Shown here: piece by piece, positions 40,401-55,199 of the stretch
How the letters are laid out: the number at the start of each line of letters is the position of its first letter
Numbering within the stretch: position 1 is the first letter of the stretch
NCBI GenBank assembly: GCA_964016885.1
Contig: OZ024740.1
Coordinates: 441,006,001 to 441,070,000 of the forward strand
Origin: Eledone cirrhosa
Lineage: Eukaryota
Direction: 5' to 3'
DNA: 64,000 bases
Notes under the pieces: generated by a model
The model's database searches: none
What the model was told of the DNA's origin: nothing
Seen by the model: only the letters and a program-made list of their open reading frames with translations
Made by a program: the position numbers and the translations under genes

Positions 40401-43400
40401 TAGTGTTGGTTCTCACATAGTAGGGTTGGTTCTAACATAGTAGTGTTGGTTCTAACATAGTAGTGTTGGTTCTAACATAGTAGTGTTGGTTCTAACCTAG
40501 TAGTGTTGGTTCTAACATAGTAGTGTTGGTTCTCACATAGTAGTGTTGGTTCTAACATAGTAGTGTTGGTTCTCACATAGTAGTGTTGGTTCTCACATAG
40601 TAGTGTTGGTTCTCACATAGTAGTGTTGGTTCTCACATAGTTATGTTGGTTCTAACATAGTAGTGTTGGTTCTAACATAGTAGTGTTGGTTCTCACATAG
40701 TAGTGTTGGTTCTCACATAGTAGTGTTTGTTCTAACGTAGTAGTGTTGGTTCTAACATAGTAGTGTTGGTTCTAACATAGTAGTGTTGGTTCTAACATAG
40801 TAGTGTTGGTTCTAACATAGTAGTGTTGGTTCTAACCTAGTAGTGTTGGTTCTAACATAGTAGTGTTGGTTCTCACATAGTAGTGTTGGTTCTAACATAG
40901 TAGTGTTGGTTCTAACATAGTAGTGTTGGTTCTCACATAGTAGTGTTGGTTCTCACATACTAGTGTTGGTTCTCACATAGTAATGTTGGTTCTCACATAG
41001 TAGTGTTGGTTCTAACATAGTAGTGTTGGTTCTAACATTGTAGTGTTGGTTCTCACATAGTAGTGTTGGTTCTAACGTAGTATATTTGGTTCTAACATAG
41101 TAGTGTTGGTTCTCACATAGTAGTGTTGGTTCTAACATAGTAGTGTTGGTTCTAACATAGTAGTGTTGGTTCTAACGTAGTAGTGTTGGTTCTAACATAG
41201 TAGTGTTGGTCCTAATATAGTAGGGTTGGTTCTAACATAGTAGTGTTGGTTCTCACATAGTAGTGTTGGTTCTAATATAGTAGGGTTGGTTCTCACATAG
41301 TAGGGTTGTTTCTAACATAGTAGTGTTGGTTCTCACATAGTAGTGTTGGTTCTCACATAGTACGGTTGTTCTAACATAGTAGGGTTGGTTCTAATATAGT
41401 AGTGTTGGTTCTAATATAGTAGTGTTGGTTCTAACATAGTAGTGTTGGTTCTAACATAGTAAGGTTGGTTCTAACATAGTAGTGTTGGTTCTAACATAGT
41501 AGTTGGTTCTAACATAGTAGTGTTGGTTCTAACATAGTAGTGTTGGTTCTCACATAGTAGGGTTGGTTCTAACATAGTAGTGTTGGTTCTAACATAGTAG
41601 TGTTGGTTCTAACATAGTAGTGTTGGTTCTAACCTAGTAGTGTTGGTTCTAACATAGTAGTGTTGGTTCTCACATAGTAGTGTTGGTTCTAACATAGTAG
41701 TGTTGGTTCTCACATAGTAGTGTTGGTTCTCACATAGTAGTGTTGGTTCTCACATAGTAGTGTTGGTTCTCACATAGTAATGTTGGTTCTAACATAGTAG
41801 TGTTGGTTCTAACATAGTAGTGTTGGTTCTCACATAGTAGTGTTGGTTCTCACATAGTAGTGTTGGTTCTAACGTAGTAGTGTTGGTTCTAACATAGTAG
41901 TGTTGGTTCTAACATAGTAGTGTTGGTTCTAACATAGTAGTGTTGGTTCTAACATAGTAGTGTTGGTTCTAACCTAGTAGTGTTGGTTCTAACATAGTAG
42001 TGTTGGTTCTCACATAGTAGTGTTGGTTCTAACATAGTAGTGTTGGTTCTAACATAGTAGTGTTGGTTCTCACATAGTAGTGTTGGTTCTCTCTTACTAG
42101 TGTTGGTTCTCACATAGTAATGTTGGTTCTCACATAGTAGTGTTGGTTCTAACGTAGTAGTGTTGGTTCTGACATAGTAGTGTTGGTTCTCACATAGTAG
42201 TGTTGGTTCTAACATAGTAGTGTTGGTTCTAACATAGTAGTGTTGGTTTTAACATAGTAGTGTTGGTTCTAACATAGTAGTGTTGGTTTTAACATAGTAG
42301 TGTTGGTTGTAACATAGTAGTGTTGGTTTTAACATTGTAGTGTTGGTTCTAACATAGTAGTGTTGGTTCTAACATAGTAGTGTTGGTTCTAACATAGTAG
42401 TGTTGGTTTTTACGTTGTAGTGTTGTTTCTAACATAGTAGGGTTGGTTCTAACATAGTAGTGTTGGTTCTCACATAGTAGTGTTGATTCTAACATAGTAG
42501 TGTTGGTTCTCACATAGTAGTGTTGGTTCTAACATAGTAGTGTTGGTTCTAACATAGTAGTGTTGGTTCTCACATAGTAGTGTTGGTTCTCACATAGTAG
42601 TGTTGGTTCTCACATAGTAGTGTTGGTTCTCACATAGTAATGTTGGTTCTATCATAGTAGTGTTGGTTCTAACATAGTAGTGTTGGTTCTCACATAGTAG
42701 TGTTGGTTCTAACATAGTAGTGTTGGTTCTCACATAGTAGTGTTGGTTCTCACATAGTAGTGTTGGTTCTCACATACTAGTGTTGGTTCTCACATAGTAA
42801 TGTTGGTTCTCACATAGTATTGTTGGTTCTAACATAGTAGTGTTGGTTCTAACATAGTAGTGTTGGTTCTAACATAGTAGTGTTGGTTCTAACGTAGTAG
42901 TGTTGGTTCTAACATAGTAGTGTTGGTTCTAACGTAGTAGTGTTGGTTCTAACATAGTAGTGTTGCTTCTCACATAGTAGTGTTGGTTCTAACGTAGTAG
43001 TGTTGGTTCTAACATAGTAGTGTTGGTTCTCACATAGTAGTGTTGGTTCTAACGTAGTAGTGTTGGTTCTAATATAGTAGTGTTGGTTCTAGCATAGTAG
43101 TGTTGTTTCTAACATAGTGGTTTTGGTTCTAACGTAGTAGTGTTGGTTCTAACATAGTAGTGTTGGTTCTAACGTAGTAGTGTTGGTTCTAACATAGTAG
43201 TGTTGGTTCTCACATAGTAGTGTTGGTTCTAACGTAGTAGTGTTGGTTCTAACATAGTAGTGTTGGTTCTCACATAGTAGTGTTGGTTCTAACGTAGTAG
43301 TGTTGGTTCTCACATAGTACGGTTGTTCTAACATAGTAGGGATGGTTCTAACATAGTAGTGTTGGTTCTAATATAGTAGTGTTGGTTTTAACATAGTAGT

Positions 43401-46400
43401 GTTGGTTCTAACATAGTAAGGTTGGTTCTAACATAGTAGTGTTGGTTCTAACATAGTAGTTGGTTCTAACATAGTAGTGTTGGTTCTAACATAGTAGTGT
43501 TGGTTCTCACATAGTAGGGTTGGTTCTAATATAGTAGTGTTGGTTCTAACATAGTAGTGTTGGTTCTAACATAGTAGTGTTTGTTCTAACATAGTAGTGT
43601 TGGTTCTAACCTAGTAGTGTTGGTTCTAACATAGTAGTGTTGGTTCTCACATAGTAGTGTTGGTTCTAACATAGTAGCGTTGGTTCTCACATAGTAGTGT
43701 TGGTTCTAACATAGTAGTGTTGGTTCTAACATAGTAGTGTTGGTTCTCACATAGTAGTGTTGGTTCTCACATAGTAGTGTTGGTTCTCACATAGTAGTGT
43801 TGGTTCTCACATAGTAATGTTGGTTCTAACATAGTAGTGTTGGTTCTAACATAGTAGTGTTGGTTCTCACATAGTAGTGTTGGTTCTCACATAGTAGTGT
43901 TGGTTCTCACATACTAGTGTTGGTTCTCACATAGTAATGTTGGCTCTCACATTGTAGTGTTGGTTCTAACATAGTAGTGTTGGTTCTAACATTGTAGTGT
44001 TGGTTCTCACATAGTAGTGTTGGTTCTAACGTAGTAGTGTTGGTTCTAACATAGTAGTGTTGGTTCTCACATAGTAGTGTTGGTTCTAACATAGTAGTGT
44101 TGGTTCTAACATAGTAGTGTTGGTTCTAACATAGTAGTGTTGGTTCTAACGTAGTAGTGTTGGTTCTAACATAGTAGTGTTGGTTCTAACATAGTAGTGT
44201 TGGTTCTAACATAGTAGTGTTGCTTCTCACATAGTAGTGTTGGTTCTAACGTAGTAGTGTTGGTTCTAACATAGTAGTGTTGGTTCTCACATAGTAGTGT
44301 TGGTTCTAACGTAGTAGTGTTGGTTCTAATATAGTAGTGTTGGTTCTAACATAGTAGTGTTGTTTCTAACATAGTGGTTTTGGTTCTAACGTAGTAGTGT
44401 TGGTTCTAACATAGTAGTGTTGGTTCTAACGTAGTAGTGTTGGTTCTAACATAGTAGTGTTGGTTCTCACATAGTAGTGTTGGTTCTAACGTAGTAGTGT
44501 TGGTTCTAACATAGTAGTGTTGGTTCTCATATAGTAGTGTTGGTTCTAACATAGTAGTGTTGGTTCTAACATAGTAGTGTTGGTTCTCACATAGTAGTGT
44601 TGGTTCTAACGTAGTAGTGTTGGTTCTGACATAGAAGTGTTGGTTCTCACATAGTAGTGTTGGTTCTAACATAGTAGTGTTGGTTCTAACATAGTAGTGT
44701 TGGTGTTAACATAGTAGTGTTGGTTCTAACATAGTAGTGTTGGTTCTAACATAGTAGTGTTGGTTGTAACATAGTAGTGTTGGTTTTTACGTTGTAGTGT
44801 TGTTTCTAACATAGTAGGGTTGGTTATAACATAGTAGTGTTGGTTCTCACATAGTAGTGTTGATTCTAACATAGTAGTGTTGGTTCTCACATAGTAGTGT
44901 TTGTTCTACAATAATAGTGTTGGTTCTAACATAGTAGTGTTGGTTCTCACATAGTAGTGTTGGTTCTAATATAGTAGGGTTGGTTCTCACATAGTAGGGT
45001 TGTTTCTAACATAGTAGTGTTGGTTCTCACATAGTAGTGTTGGTTCTCACATAGTACGGTTGTTCTAACATAGTAGGGTTGGTTCTAATATAGTAGTGTT
45101 GGTTCTAATATAGTAGTGTTGGTTCTAACATAGTAGTGTTGGTTCTAACATAGTAAGGTTGGTTCTAACATAGTAGTGTTGGTTCTAACATAGTAGTTGG
45201 TTCTAACATAGTAGTGTTGGTTCTAACATAGTAGTGTTGGTTCTCACATAGTAGGGTTGGTTCTAACATAGTAGTGTTGGTTCTAACATAGTAGTGTTGG
45301 TTCTAACATAGTAGTGTTGGTTCTAACCTAGTAGTGTTGGTTCTAACATAGTAGTGTTGGTTCTCACATAGTAGTGTTGGTTCTAACATAGTAGTGTTGG
45401 TTCTCACATAGTAGTGTTGGTTCTCACATAGTAGTGTTGGTTCTCACATAGTAGTGTTGGTTCTCACATAGTAATGTTGGTTCTAACATAGTAGTGTTGG
45501 TTCTAACATAGTAGTGTTGGTTCTCACATAGTAGTGTTGGTTCTCACATAGTAGTGTTGGTTCTAACGTAGTAGTGTTGGTTCTAACATAGTAGTGTTGG
45601 TTCTAACATAGTAGTGTTGGTTCTAACATAGTAGTGTTGGTTCTAACATAGTAGTGTTGGTTCTAACCTAGTAGTGTTGGTTCTAACATAGTAGTGTTGG
45701 TTCTCACATAGTAGTGTTGGTTCTAACATAGTAGTGTTGGTTCTAACATAGTAGTGTTGGTTCTCACATAGTAGTGTTGGTTCTCTCTTACTAGTGTTGG
45801 TTCTCACATAGTAATGTTGGTTCTCACATAGTAGTGTTGGTTCTAACGTAGTAGTGTTGGTTCTGACATAGTAGTGTTGGTTCTCACATAGTAGTGTTGG
45901 TTCTAACATAGTAGTGTTGGTTCTAACATAGTAGTGTTGGTTTTAACATAGTAGTGTTGGTTCTAACATAGTAGTGTTGGTTTTAACATAGTAGTGTTGG
46001 TTGTAACATAGTAGTGTTGGTTTTAACATTGTAGTGTTGGTTCTAACATAGTAGTGTTGGTTCTAACATAGTAGTGTTGGTTCTAACATAGTAGTGTTGG
46101 TTTTTACGTTGTAGTGTTGTTTCTAACATAGTAGGGTTGGTTCTAACATAGTAGTGTTGGTTCTCACATAGTAGTGTTGATTCTAACATAGTAGTGTTGG
46201 TTCTCACATAGTAGTGTTTGTTCTACAATAATAGTGTTGGTTCTCACATAGTAGTGTTGGTTCTAACATAGTAGTGTTGGTTCTCACATAGTAGTGTTGG
46301 TTCTAACATAGTAGTGTTGGTTCTAACATAGTAGTGTTGGTTCTCACATAGTAGTGTTGGTTCTCACATAGTAGTGTTGGTTCTCACATAGTAGTGTTGG

Positions 46401-49400
46401 TTCTCACATAGTAATGTTGGTTCTATCATAGTAGTGTTGGTTCTAACATAGTAGTGTTGGTTCTCACATAGTAGTGTTGGTTCTAACATAGTAGTGTTGG
46501 TTCTCACATAGTAGTGTTGGTTCTCACATAGTAGTGTTGGTTCTCACATACTAGTGTTGGTTCTCACATAGTAATGTTGGTTCTCACATAGTATTGTTGG
46601 TTCTAACATAGTAGTGTTGGTTCTAACATAGTAGTGTTGGTTCTAACATAGTAGTGTTGGTTCTAACGTAGTAGTGTTGGTTCTAACATAGTAGTGTTGG
46701 TTCTAACGTAGTAGTGTTGGTTCTAACATAGTAGTGTTGCTTCTCACATAGTAGTGTTGGTTCTAACGTAGTAGTGTTGGTTCTAACATAGTAGTGTTGG
46801 TTCTCACATAGTAGTGTTGGTTCTAACGTAGTAGTGTTGGTTCTAATATAGTAGTGTTGGTTCTAGCATAGTAGTGTTGTTTCTAACATAGTGGTTTTGG
46901 TTCTAACGTAGTAGTGTTGGTTCTAACATAGTAGTGTTGGTTCTAACGTAGTAGTGTTGGTTCTAACATAGTAGTGTTGGTTCTCACATAGTAGTGTTGG
47001 TTCTAACGTAGTAGTGTTGGTTCTAACATAGTAGTGTTGGTTCTCACATAGTAGTGTTGGTTCTAACGTAGTAGTGTTGGTTCTCACATAGTACGGTTGT
47101 TCTAACATAGTAGGGATGGTTCTAACATAGTAGTGTTGGTTCTAATATAGTAGTGTTGGTTCTAACATAGTAGTGTTGGTTCTAACATAGTAAGGTTGGT
47201 TCTAACATAGTAGTGTTGGTTCTAACATAGTAGTTGGTTCTAACATAGTAGTGTTGGTTCTAACATAGTAGTGTTGGTTCTCACATAGTAGGGTTGGTTC
47301 TAATATAGTAGTGTTGGTTCTAACATAGTAGTGTTGGTTCTAACATAGTAGTGTTTGTTCTAACATAGTAGTGTTGGTTCTAACCTAGTAGTGTTGGTTC
47401 TAACATAGTAGTGTTGGTTCTCACATAGTAGTGTTGGTTCTAACATAGTAGCGTTGGTTCTCACATAGTAGTGTTGGTTCTAACATAGTAGTGTTGGTTC
47501 TAACATAGTAGTGTTGGTTCTCACATAGTAGTGTTGGTTCTCACATAGTAGTGTTGGTTCTCACATAGTAGTGTTGGTTCTCACATAGTAATGTTGGTTC
47601 TAACATAGTAGTGTTGGTTCTAACATAGTAGTGTTGGTTCTCACATAGTAGTGTTGGTTCTCACATAGTAGTGTTGGTTCTCACATACTAGTGTTGGTTC
47701 TCACATAGTAATGTTGGCTCTCACATTGTAGTGTTGGTTCTAACATAGTAGTGTTGGTTCTAACATTGTAGTGTTGGTTCTCACATAGTAGTGTTGGTTC
47801 TAACGTAGTAGTGTTGGTTCTAACATAGTAGTGTTGGTTCTCACATAGTAGTGTTGGTTCTAACATAGTAGTGTTGGTTCTAACATAGTAGTGTTGGTTC
47901 TAACATAGTAGTGTTGGTTCTAACGTAGTAGTGTTGGTTCTAACATAGTAGTGTTGGTTCTAACATAGTAGTGTTGGTTCTAACATAGTAGTGTTGCTTC
48001 TCACATAGTAGTGTTGGTTCTAACGTAGTAGTGTTGGTTCTAACATAGTAGTGTTGGTTCTCACATAGTAGTGTTGGTTCTAACGTAGTAGTGTTGGTTC
48101 TAATATAGTAGTGTTGGTTCTAACATAGTAGTGTTGTTTCTAACATAGTGGTTTTGGTTCTAACGTAGTAGTGTTGGTTCTAACATAGTAGTGTTGGTTC
48201 TAACGCAGTAGTGTTGGTTCTAACATAGTAGTGTTGGTTCTCACATAGTAGTGTTGGTTCTAACGTAGTAGTGTTGGTTCTAACATAGTAGTGTTGGTTC
48301 TCATATAGTAGTGTTGGTTCTAACATAGTAGTGTTGGTTCTAACATAGTAGTGTTGGTTCTCACATAGTAGTGTTGGTTCTAACGTAGTAGTGTTGGTTC
48401 TGACATAGAAGTGTTGGTTCTCACATAGTAGTGTTGGTTTTAACATAGTAGTGTTGGTTCTAACATAGTAGTGTTGGTGTTAACATAGTAGTGTTGGTTC
48501 TAACATAGTAGTGTTGGTTCTAACATAGTAGTGTTGGTTGTAACATAGTAGTGTTGGTTTTTACGTTGTAGTGTTGTTTCTAACATAGTAGGGTTGGTTA
48601 TAACATAGTAGTGTTGGTTCTCACATAGTAGTGTTGATTCTAACATAGTAGTGTTGGTTCTCACATAGTAGTGTTTGTTCTACAATAATAGTGTTGGTTC
48701 TAACATAGTAGTGTTGGTTCTAACCTAGTAGTGTTGGTTCTAACATAGTAGTGTTGGTTCTCACATAGTAGTGTTGGTTCTAACATAGTAGTGTTGGTTC
48801 TCACATAGTAGTGTTGGTTCTAACATAGTAGTGTTGGTTCTAACATAGTAGTGTTGGTTCTCACATAGTAGTGTTGGTTCTCACATAGTAGTGTTGGTTC
48901 GCACATAGTAGTGTTGGTTCTCACATAGTAATGTTGGTTCTATCATAGTAGTGTTGGTTCTAACATAGTAGTGTTGGTTCTCACATAGTAGTGTTGGTTC
49001 TAACATAGTAGTGTTGGTTCTCACATAGTAGTGGTGGTTCTCACATAGTAGTGTTGGTTCTCACATACTAGTGTTGGTTCTCACATAGTAATGTTGGTTC
49101 TCACATAGTAGTGTTGGTTCTAACATAGTAGTGTTGGTTCTAACATTGTAGTGTTGGTTCTCACATAGTAGTGTTGGTTCTAACGTAGTAGTGTTGGTTC
49201 TAACATAGTAGTGTTGGTTCTCACATAGTAGTGTTGGTTCTAACATAGTAGTGTTGGTTCTAACATAGTAGTGTTGGTTCTAACATAGTAGTGTTGGTTC
49301 TAACGTAGTAGTGTTGGTTCTAACATAGTAGTGTTGGTTCTAACGTAGTAGTGTTGGTTCTAACATAGTAGTGTTGCTTCTCACATAGTAGTGTTGGTTC

Positions 49401-52400
49401 TAACGTAGTAGTGTTGGTTCTAACATAGTAGTGTTGGTTCTCACATAGTAGTGTTGGTTCTAACGTAGTAGTGTTGGTTCTAATATAGTAGTGTTGGTTC
49501 TAGCATAGTAGTGTTGTTTCTAACATAGTGGTTTTGGTTCTAACGTAGTAGTGTTGGTTCTAACATAGTAGTGTTGGTTCTAACGTAGTAGTGTTGGTTC
49601 TAACATAGTAGTGTTGGTTCTCACATAGTAGTGTTGGTTCTAACGTAGTAGTGTTGGTTCTAACATAGTAGTGTTGGTTCTCACATAGTAGTGTTGGTTC
49701 TAACATAGTAGTGTTGGTTCTAACATAGTAGTGTTGGTTCTCACATAGTAGTGTTGGTTCTAATGTAGTAGTGTTGGTTCTGACATAGTAGTGTTGGTTC
49801 TCACATAGTAGTGTTGGTTCTAACATAGTAGTGTTGGTTTTAACACCGTAGTGTTGGTTCTAACATAGTAGTGTTGGTTCTAACATAGTAGTGTTGGTTG
49901 TAACATAGTAGTGTTGGTTTTCACGTTGTAGTGTTGGTTCTAACATAGTAGTGTTGGTTCTAACATAGTAGTGTTGGTTTTTACATTGTAGTGTTGTTTC
50001 TAACATAGTAGGGTTGGTTCTAACATAGTAGTGTTGGTTCTCACATAGTAGTGTTGGTTCTAACATAGTAGTGTTGGTTCTAACATAGTAGTGTTGGTTC
50101 TCACATAGTAGTGTTGGTTCTAATGTAGTAGTGTTGGTTCTGACATAGTAGTGTTGGTTCTCACATAGTAGTGTTGGTTCTAACATAGTAGTGTTGGTTT
50201 TAACACAGTAGTGTTGGTTCTAACATAGTAGTGTTGGTTCTAACATAGTAGTGTTGGTTGTAACATAGTAGTGTTGGTTTTCACGTTGTAGTGTTGGTTC
50301 TAACATAGTAGTGTTGGTTCTAACATAGTAGTGTTGGTTTTTACATTGTAGTGTTGTTTCTAACATAGTAGGGTTGGTTCTAACATAGTAGTGTTGGTTC
50401 TCACATAGTAGTGTTGATTCTAACATAGTAGTGTTGGTTCTCACATAGTAGTGTTCGTTCTACAATAATAGTGTTGGTTCTAACATAGTAGTGTTGGTTC
50501 TAACATAGTAGTGTTGGTTCTAACATAGTAGTGTTGATTCTAACATAGTAGTGTTGGTTCTAACATAGTAGTGTTGGTTCTAACATATTAGTGTTGGTTC
50601 TAACATAGTAGTGTTTATTCTAACATAGTAGTGTTGGTTCTAACATAGTAGTGTTGGTTCTAACATAGTAGTATTTATTCAAACATAGTAGTGTTTGTTC
50701 TAACATAGTAGTGTTGGTTCTAGCATAGTAGTGTTGGTTCTAACATAGTAGTGTTGGTTCTAACATAGTAGTGTTGGTTCTAACACAGTAAGGTTGGTTC
50801 TAACATAGTAGGGTTCGTTCTAATATAGTAGGGTTGGTTCTAACATAGTAGTGTTGGTTCTAACATGGTAGTGTTGGTTCTCACATAGTAGTGTTGGTTC
50901 TAACATAGTAGTGTTGGTTCTCACATAGTAGTGTTGGTTCTCACATAGTAGTGTTGGTTCTCACATACTAGTGTTGGTTCTCACATAGTAATGTTGGTTC
51001 TCACATAGTAGTGTTGGTTCTAACATAGTAGTGTTGGTTCTAACATTGTAGTGTTGGTTCTCACATAGTAGGGTTGGTTCTAAAATATTAGTGTTGGTTC
51101 TAACATAGTAGTGTAGGTTCTAACATAGTAGTGTTGGTTCTAACATAGTAGTGTTGGTTCTCACATAGTAGTATTGGTTCTAACATAGTAGTGTTGGTTC
51201 TCACATAGTAGTATTGGTTCTCACATAGTAGGGTTGGTTCTAATATAGTAGGGTTAGTTCTAACATAGTAGTGTTGGTTCTCACATAGTAGGGTTGGTTC
51301 TAACATAGTAGGGTTGGTTCTAACATAGTAGTGTTGGTTCTCACATAGTAGTGTTGGTTCTAATATAGTAGCGTTGGTTCTAACATAGTAGGGTTGGTTC
51401 TAACATAGTAGTGTTGGTTCTCACATAGTAGTGTTGGTTCTAATATAGTAGTGTTGGTTCACACATAGTAGTGTAGGTTCTAACATAGTAGTGTTGGTTC
51501 TAACATAGTAGTGTTGGTTCTCACATAGTAGTGTTGGTTCTCACATAGTATTATTGGTTCTAACATAGTAGTGCTGGTTCTCACATGGTAGTGTTGGTTC
51601 TCACATAGTAGGGTTGGTTCTAACATAGTAAGGTTGGTTCTAACATAGTAGTGTTGGTTCTAACATAGTAGTGTTGGTTCTCACATAGTAGTGTTGGTCC
51701 TAATATAGTAGGGTTGGTTCTAACATAGTAGTGTTGGTTCTCACATAGTAGTGTTGGCTTCTAATATAGTAGGGTTGGTTCTCACATAGTAGGGTTGTTT
51801 CTAACATAGTAGTGTTGGTTCTCACAAAGTAGTGTTGGTTCTCACATAGTACGGTTGTTCTAACATAGTAGGGTTGGTTCTAACATAGTAGTGTTGGTTC
51901 TAATATAGTAGTGTTGGTTCTAACATAGTAGTGTTGGTTCTAACATAGTAAGGTTGGTTCTAACATAGTAGTGTTGGTTCTAACATAGTAGTTGGTTCTA
52001 ACATAGTAGTGTTGGTTCTAACATAGTAGTGTTGGTTCTCACATAGTAGGGTTGGTTCTAACATAGTAGTGTTGGTTCTAACATAGTAGTGTTGGTTCTA
52101 ACATAGTAGTGTTGGTTCTAACCTAGTAGTGTTGGTTCTAACATAGTAGTGTTGGTTCTCACATAGTAGTGTTGGTTCTAACATAGTAGTGTTGGTTCTC
52201 ACATAGTAGTGTTGGTTCTCACATAGTAGTGTTGGTTCTCACATAGTAGTGTTGGTTCTCACATAGTAATGTTGGTTCTAACATAGTAGTGTTGGTTCTC
52301 ACATAGTAGTGTTTGTTCTAACGTAGTAGTGTTGGTTCTAACATAGTAGTGTTGGTTCTAACATAGTAGTGTTGGTTCTAACATAGTAGTGTTGGTTCTA

Positions 52401-53400
52401 ACATAGTAGTGTTGGTTCTAACCTAGTAGTGTTGGTTCTAACATAGTAGTGTTGGTTCTCACATAGTAGTGTTGGTTCTAACATAGTAGTGTTGGTTCTA
52501 ACATAGTAGTGTTGGTTCTCACATAGTAGTGTTGGTTCTCACATACTAGTGTTGGTTCTCACATAGTAATGTTGTTTCTCACATAGTAGTGTTGGTTCTA
52601 ACATAGTAGTGTTGGTTCTAACATTGTAGTGTTGGTTCTCACATAGTAGTGTTGGTTCTAACGTAGTATATTTGGTTCTAACATAGTAGTGTTGGTTCTC
52701 ACATAGTAGTGTTGGTTCTAATATAGTAGGGTTGGTTCTCACATAGTAGGGTTGTTTCTAACATAGTAGTGTTGGTTCTCACATAGTAGTGTTGGTTCTC
52801 ACATAGTACGGTTGTTCTAACATAGTAGGGTTGGTTCTAATATAGTAGTGTTGGTTCTAATATAGTAGTGTTGGTTCTAACATAGTAGTGTTGGTTCTAA
52901 CATAGTAAGGTTGGTTCTAACATAGTAGTGTTGGTTCTAACATAGTAGTTGGTTCTAACATAGTAGTGTTGGTTCTAACATAGTAGTGTTGGTTCTCACA
53001 TAGTATGGTTGGTTCTAACATAGTAGTGTTGGTTCTAACATAGTAGTGTTGGTTCTAACATAGTAGTGTTGGTTCTAACCTAGTAGTGTTGGTTCTAACA
53101 TAGTAGTGTTGGTTCTCACATAGTAGTGTTGGTTCTAACATAGTAGTGTTGGTTCTCACATAGTAGTGTTGGTTCTCACATAGTAGTGTTGGTTCTCACA
53201 TAGTAGTGTTGGTTCTCACATAGTAATGTTGGTTCTAACATAGTAGTGTTGGTTCTAACATAGTAGTGTTGGTTCTCACATAGTAGTGTTGGTTCTCACA
53301 TAGTAGTGTTGGTTCTAACGTAGTAGTGTTGGTTCTAACATAGTAGTGTTGGTTCTAACATAGTAGTGTTGGTTCTAACATAGTAGTGTTGGTTCTAACA
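19400..53400 (+). repeat. Middle sub-domain: successive tandem duplications of ~2.0, 5.534, 7.011 and ~3.7 kb
   Basis: ORF offsets are 2,000 (21671/23671, 22130/24130), 5,534 (24951/30485, 26951/32485, 29404/34938), 7,011 (30984/37995 through 37395/44406) and 3,694/3,774 (41949/45643, 43149/46923). Private markers include TCTCTCTTACT (29524, 35078, 42089, 45783 region) and TTGGCTCTC. Boundaries are approximate. Confidence 0.85.
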
Positions 53401-55199
53401 TAGTAGTGTTGGTTCTAACCTAGTAGTGTTGGTTCTAACATAGTAGTGTTGGTTCTCACATAGTAGTGTTGGTTCTAACATAGTAGTGTTGGTTCTAACA
53501 TAGTAGTGTTGGTTCTCACATAGTAGTGTTGGTTCTCACATACTAGTGTTGGTTCTCACATAGTAATGTTGGTTCTCACATAGTAGTGTTGGTTCTAACA
53601 TAGTAGTGTTGGTTCTAACATTGTAGTGTTGGTTCTCACATAGTAGTGTTGGTTCTAACGTAGTATATTTGGTTCTAACATAGTAGTGTTGGTTCTCACA
53701 TAGTAGTGTTGGTTCTAACATAGTAGTGTTGGTTCTAACATAGTAGTGTTGGTTCTAACGTAGTAGTGTTGGTTCTAACATAGTAGTGTTGGTTCTAACG
53801 TAGTAGTGTTGGTTCTAACATAGTAGTGTTGGTTCTCACATAGTAGTGTTGGTTCTAACATAGTAGTGTTGGTTCTAACATAGTAGTGTTGGTTCTCACA
53901 TAGTAGTGTTGGTTCTAACGTAGTATATTTGGTTCTAACATAGTAGTGTTGGTTCTCACATAGTAGTGTTGGTTCTCACATAGTAGTGTTGGTTCTAACA
54001 TAGTAGTGTTGGTTCTAACATAGTAGTGTTGGTTCTCACATAGTAGTGTTGGTTCTAACGTAGTAGTGTTGGTTCTAACATAGTAGTGTTGGTTCTCACA
54101 TAGTAGTGTTGGTTCTAACATAGTAGTGTTGGTTCTAACATTGTAGTGTTGGTTCTCACATAGTAGTGTTGGTTCTAACGTAGTATATTTGGTTCTAACA
54201 TAGTAGTGTTGGTTCTCACATAGTAGTGTTGGTTCTCACATAGTAGTGTTGGTTCTAACATAGTAGTGTTGGTTCTAACATAGTAGTGTTGGTTCTCACA
54301 TAGTAGTGTTGGTTCTAACGTAGTAGTGTTGGTTCTAACATAGTAGTGTTGGTTCTCACATAGTAGTGTTGGTTCTAACATAGTAGTGTTGGTTCTAACA
54401 TAGTAGTGTTGGTTCTCACATAGTAGTGTTGGTTCTAACGTAGTAGTGTTGGTTCTCACATAGTACGGTTGTTCTAACATAGTAGGGATGGTTCTAACAT
54501 AGTAGTGTTGGTTCTAATATATTACTGTTGGTTCTAACATAGTAGTGTTGGTTCTAACATAGTAGTGTTGGTTCTCACATAGTAGGGTTGGTTCTAACAT
54601 AGTAGTGTTGGTTCTAACATAGTAGTGTTGGTTCTAACATAGTAGTGTTTGTTCTAACATAGTAGTGTTGGTTCTAACCTAGTAGTGTTGGTTCTAACAT
54701 AGTAGTGTTGGTTCTCACATAGTAGTGTTGGTTCTAACATAGTAGTGTTGGTTCTCACATAGTAGTGTTGGTTCTAACATAGTAGTGTTGGTTCTCACAT
54801 AGTAGTGTTGGTTCTAACATAGTAGTGTTGGTTCTCACATAGTAGTGTTGGTTCTCACATAGTAGTGTTGGTTCTCACATACTAGTGTTGGTTCTCACAT
54901 AGTAATGTTGGTTCTCACATAGTAGTGTTGGTTCTAACATAGTAGTGTTGGTTCTAACATTGTAGTGTTGGTTCTCACATAGTAGTGTTGGTTCTAACAT
55001 AGTAGTGTTGGTTCTAACATAGTAGTGATGGTTCTAACATAGTAGTGTTGGTTCTAACATAGTAGTGTTGGTTTTTACATTGTAGTGTTGTTTCTAACAT
55101 AGTAGGGTTGGTTCTAACATAGTAGTGTTGGTTCTCACATAGTAGTGTTGATTCTAACATAGTAGTGTTGGTTCTAACATAGTAGTGTTGGTTCTCACA

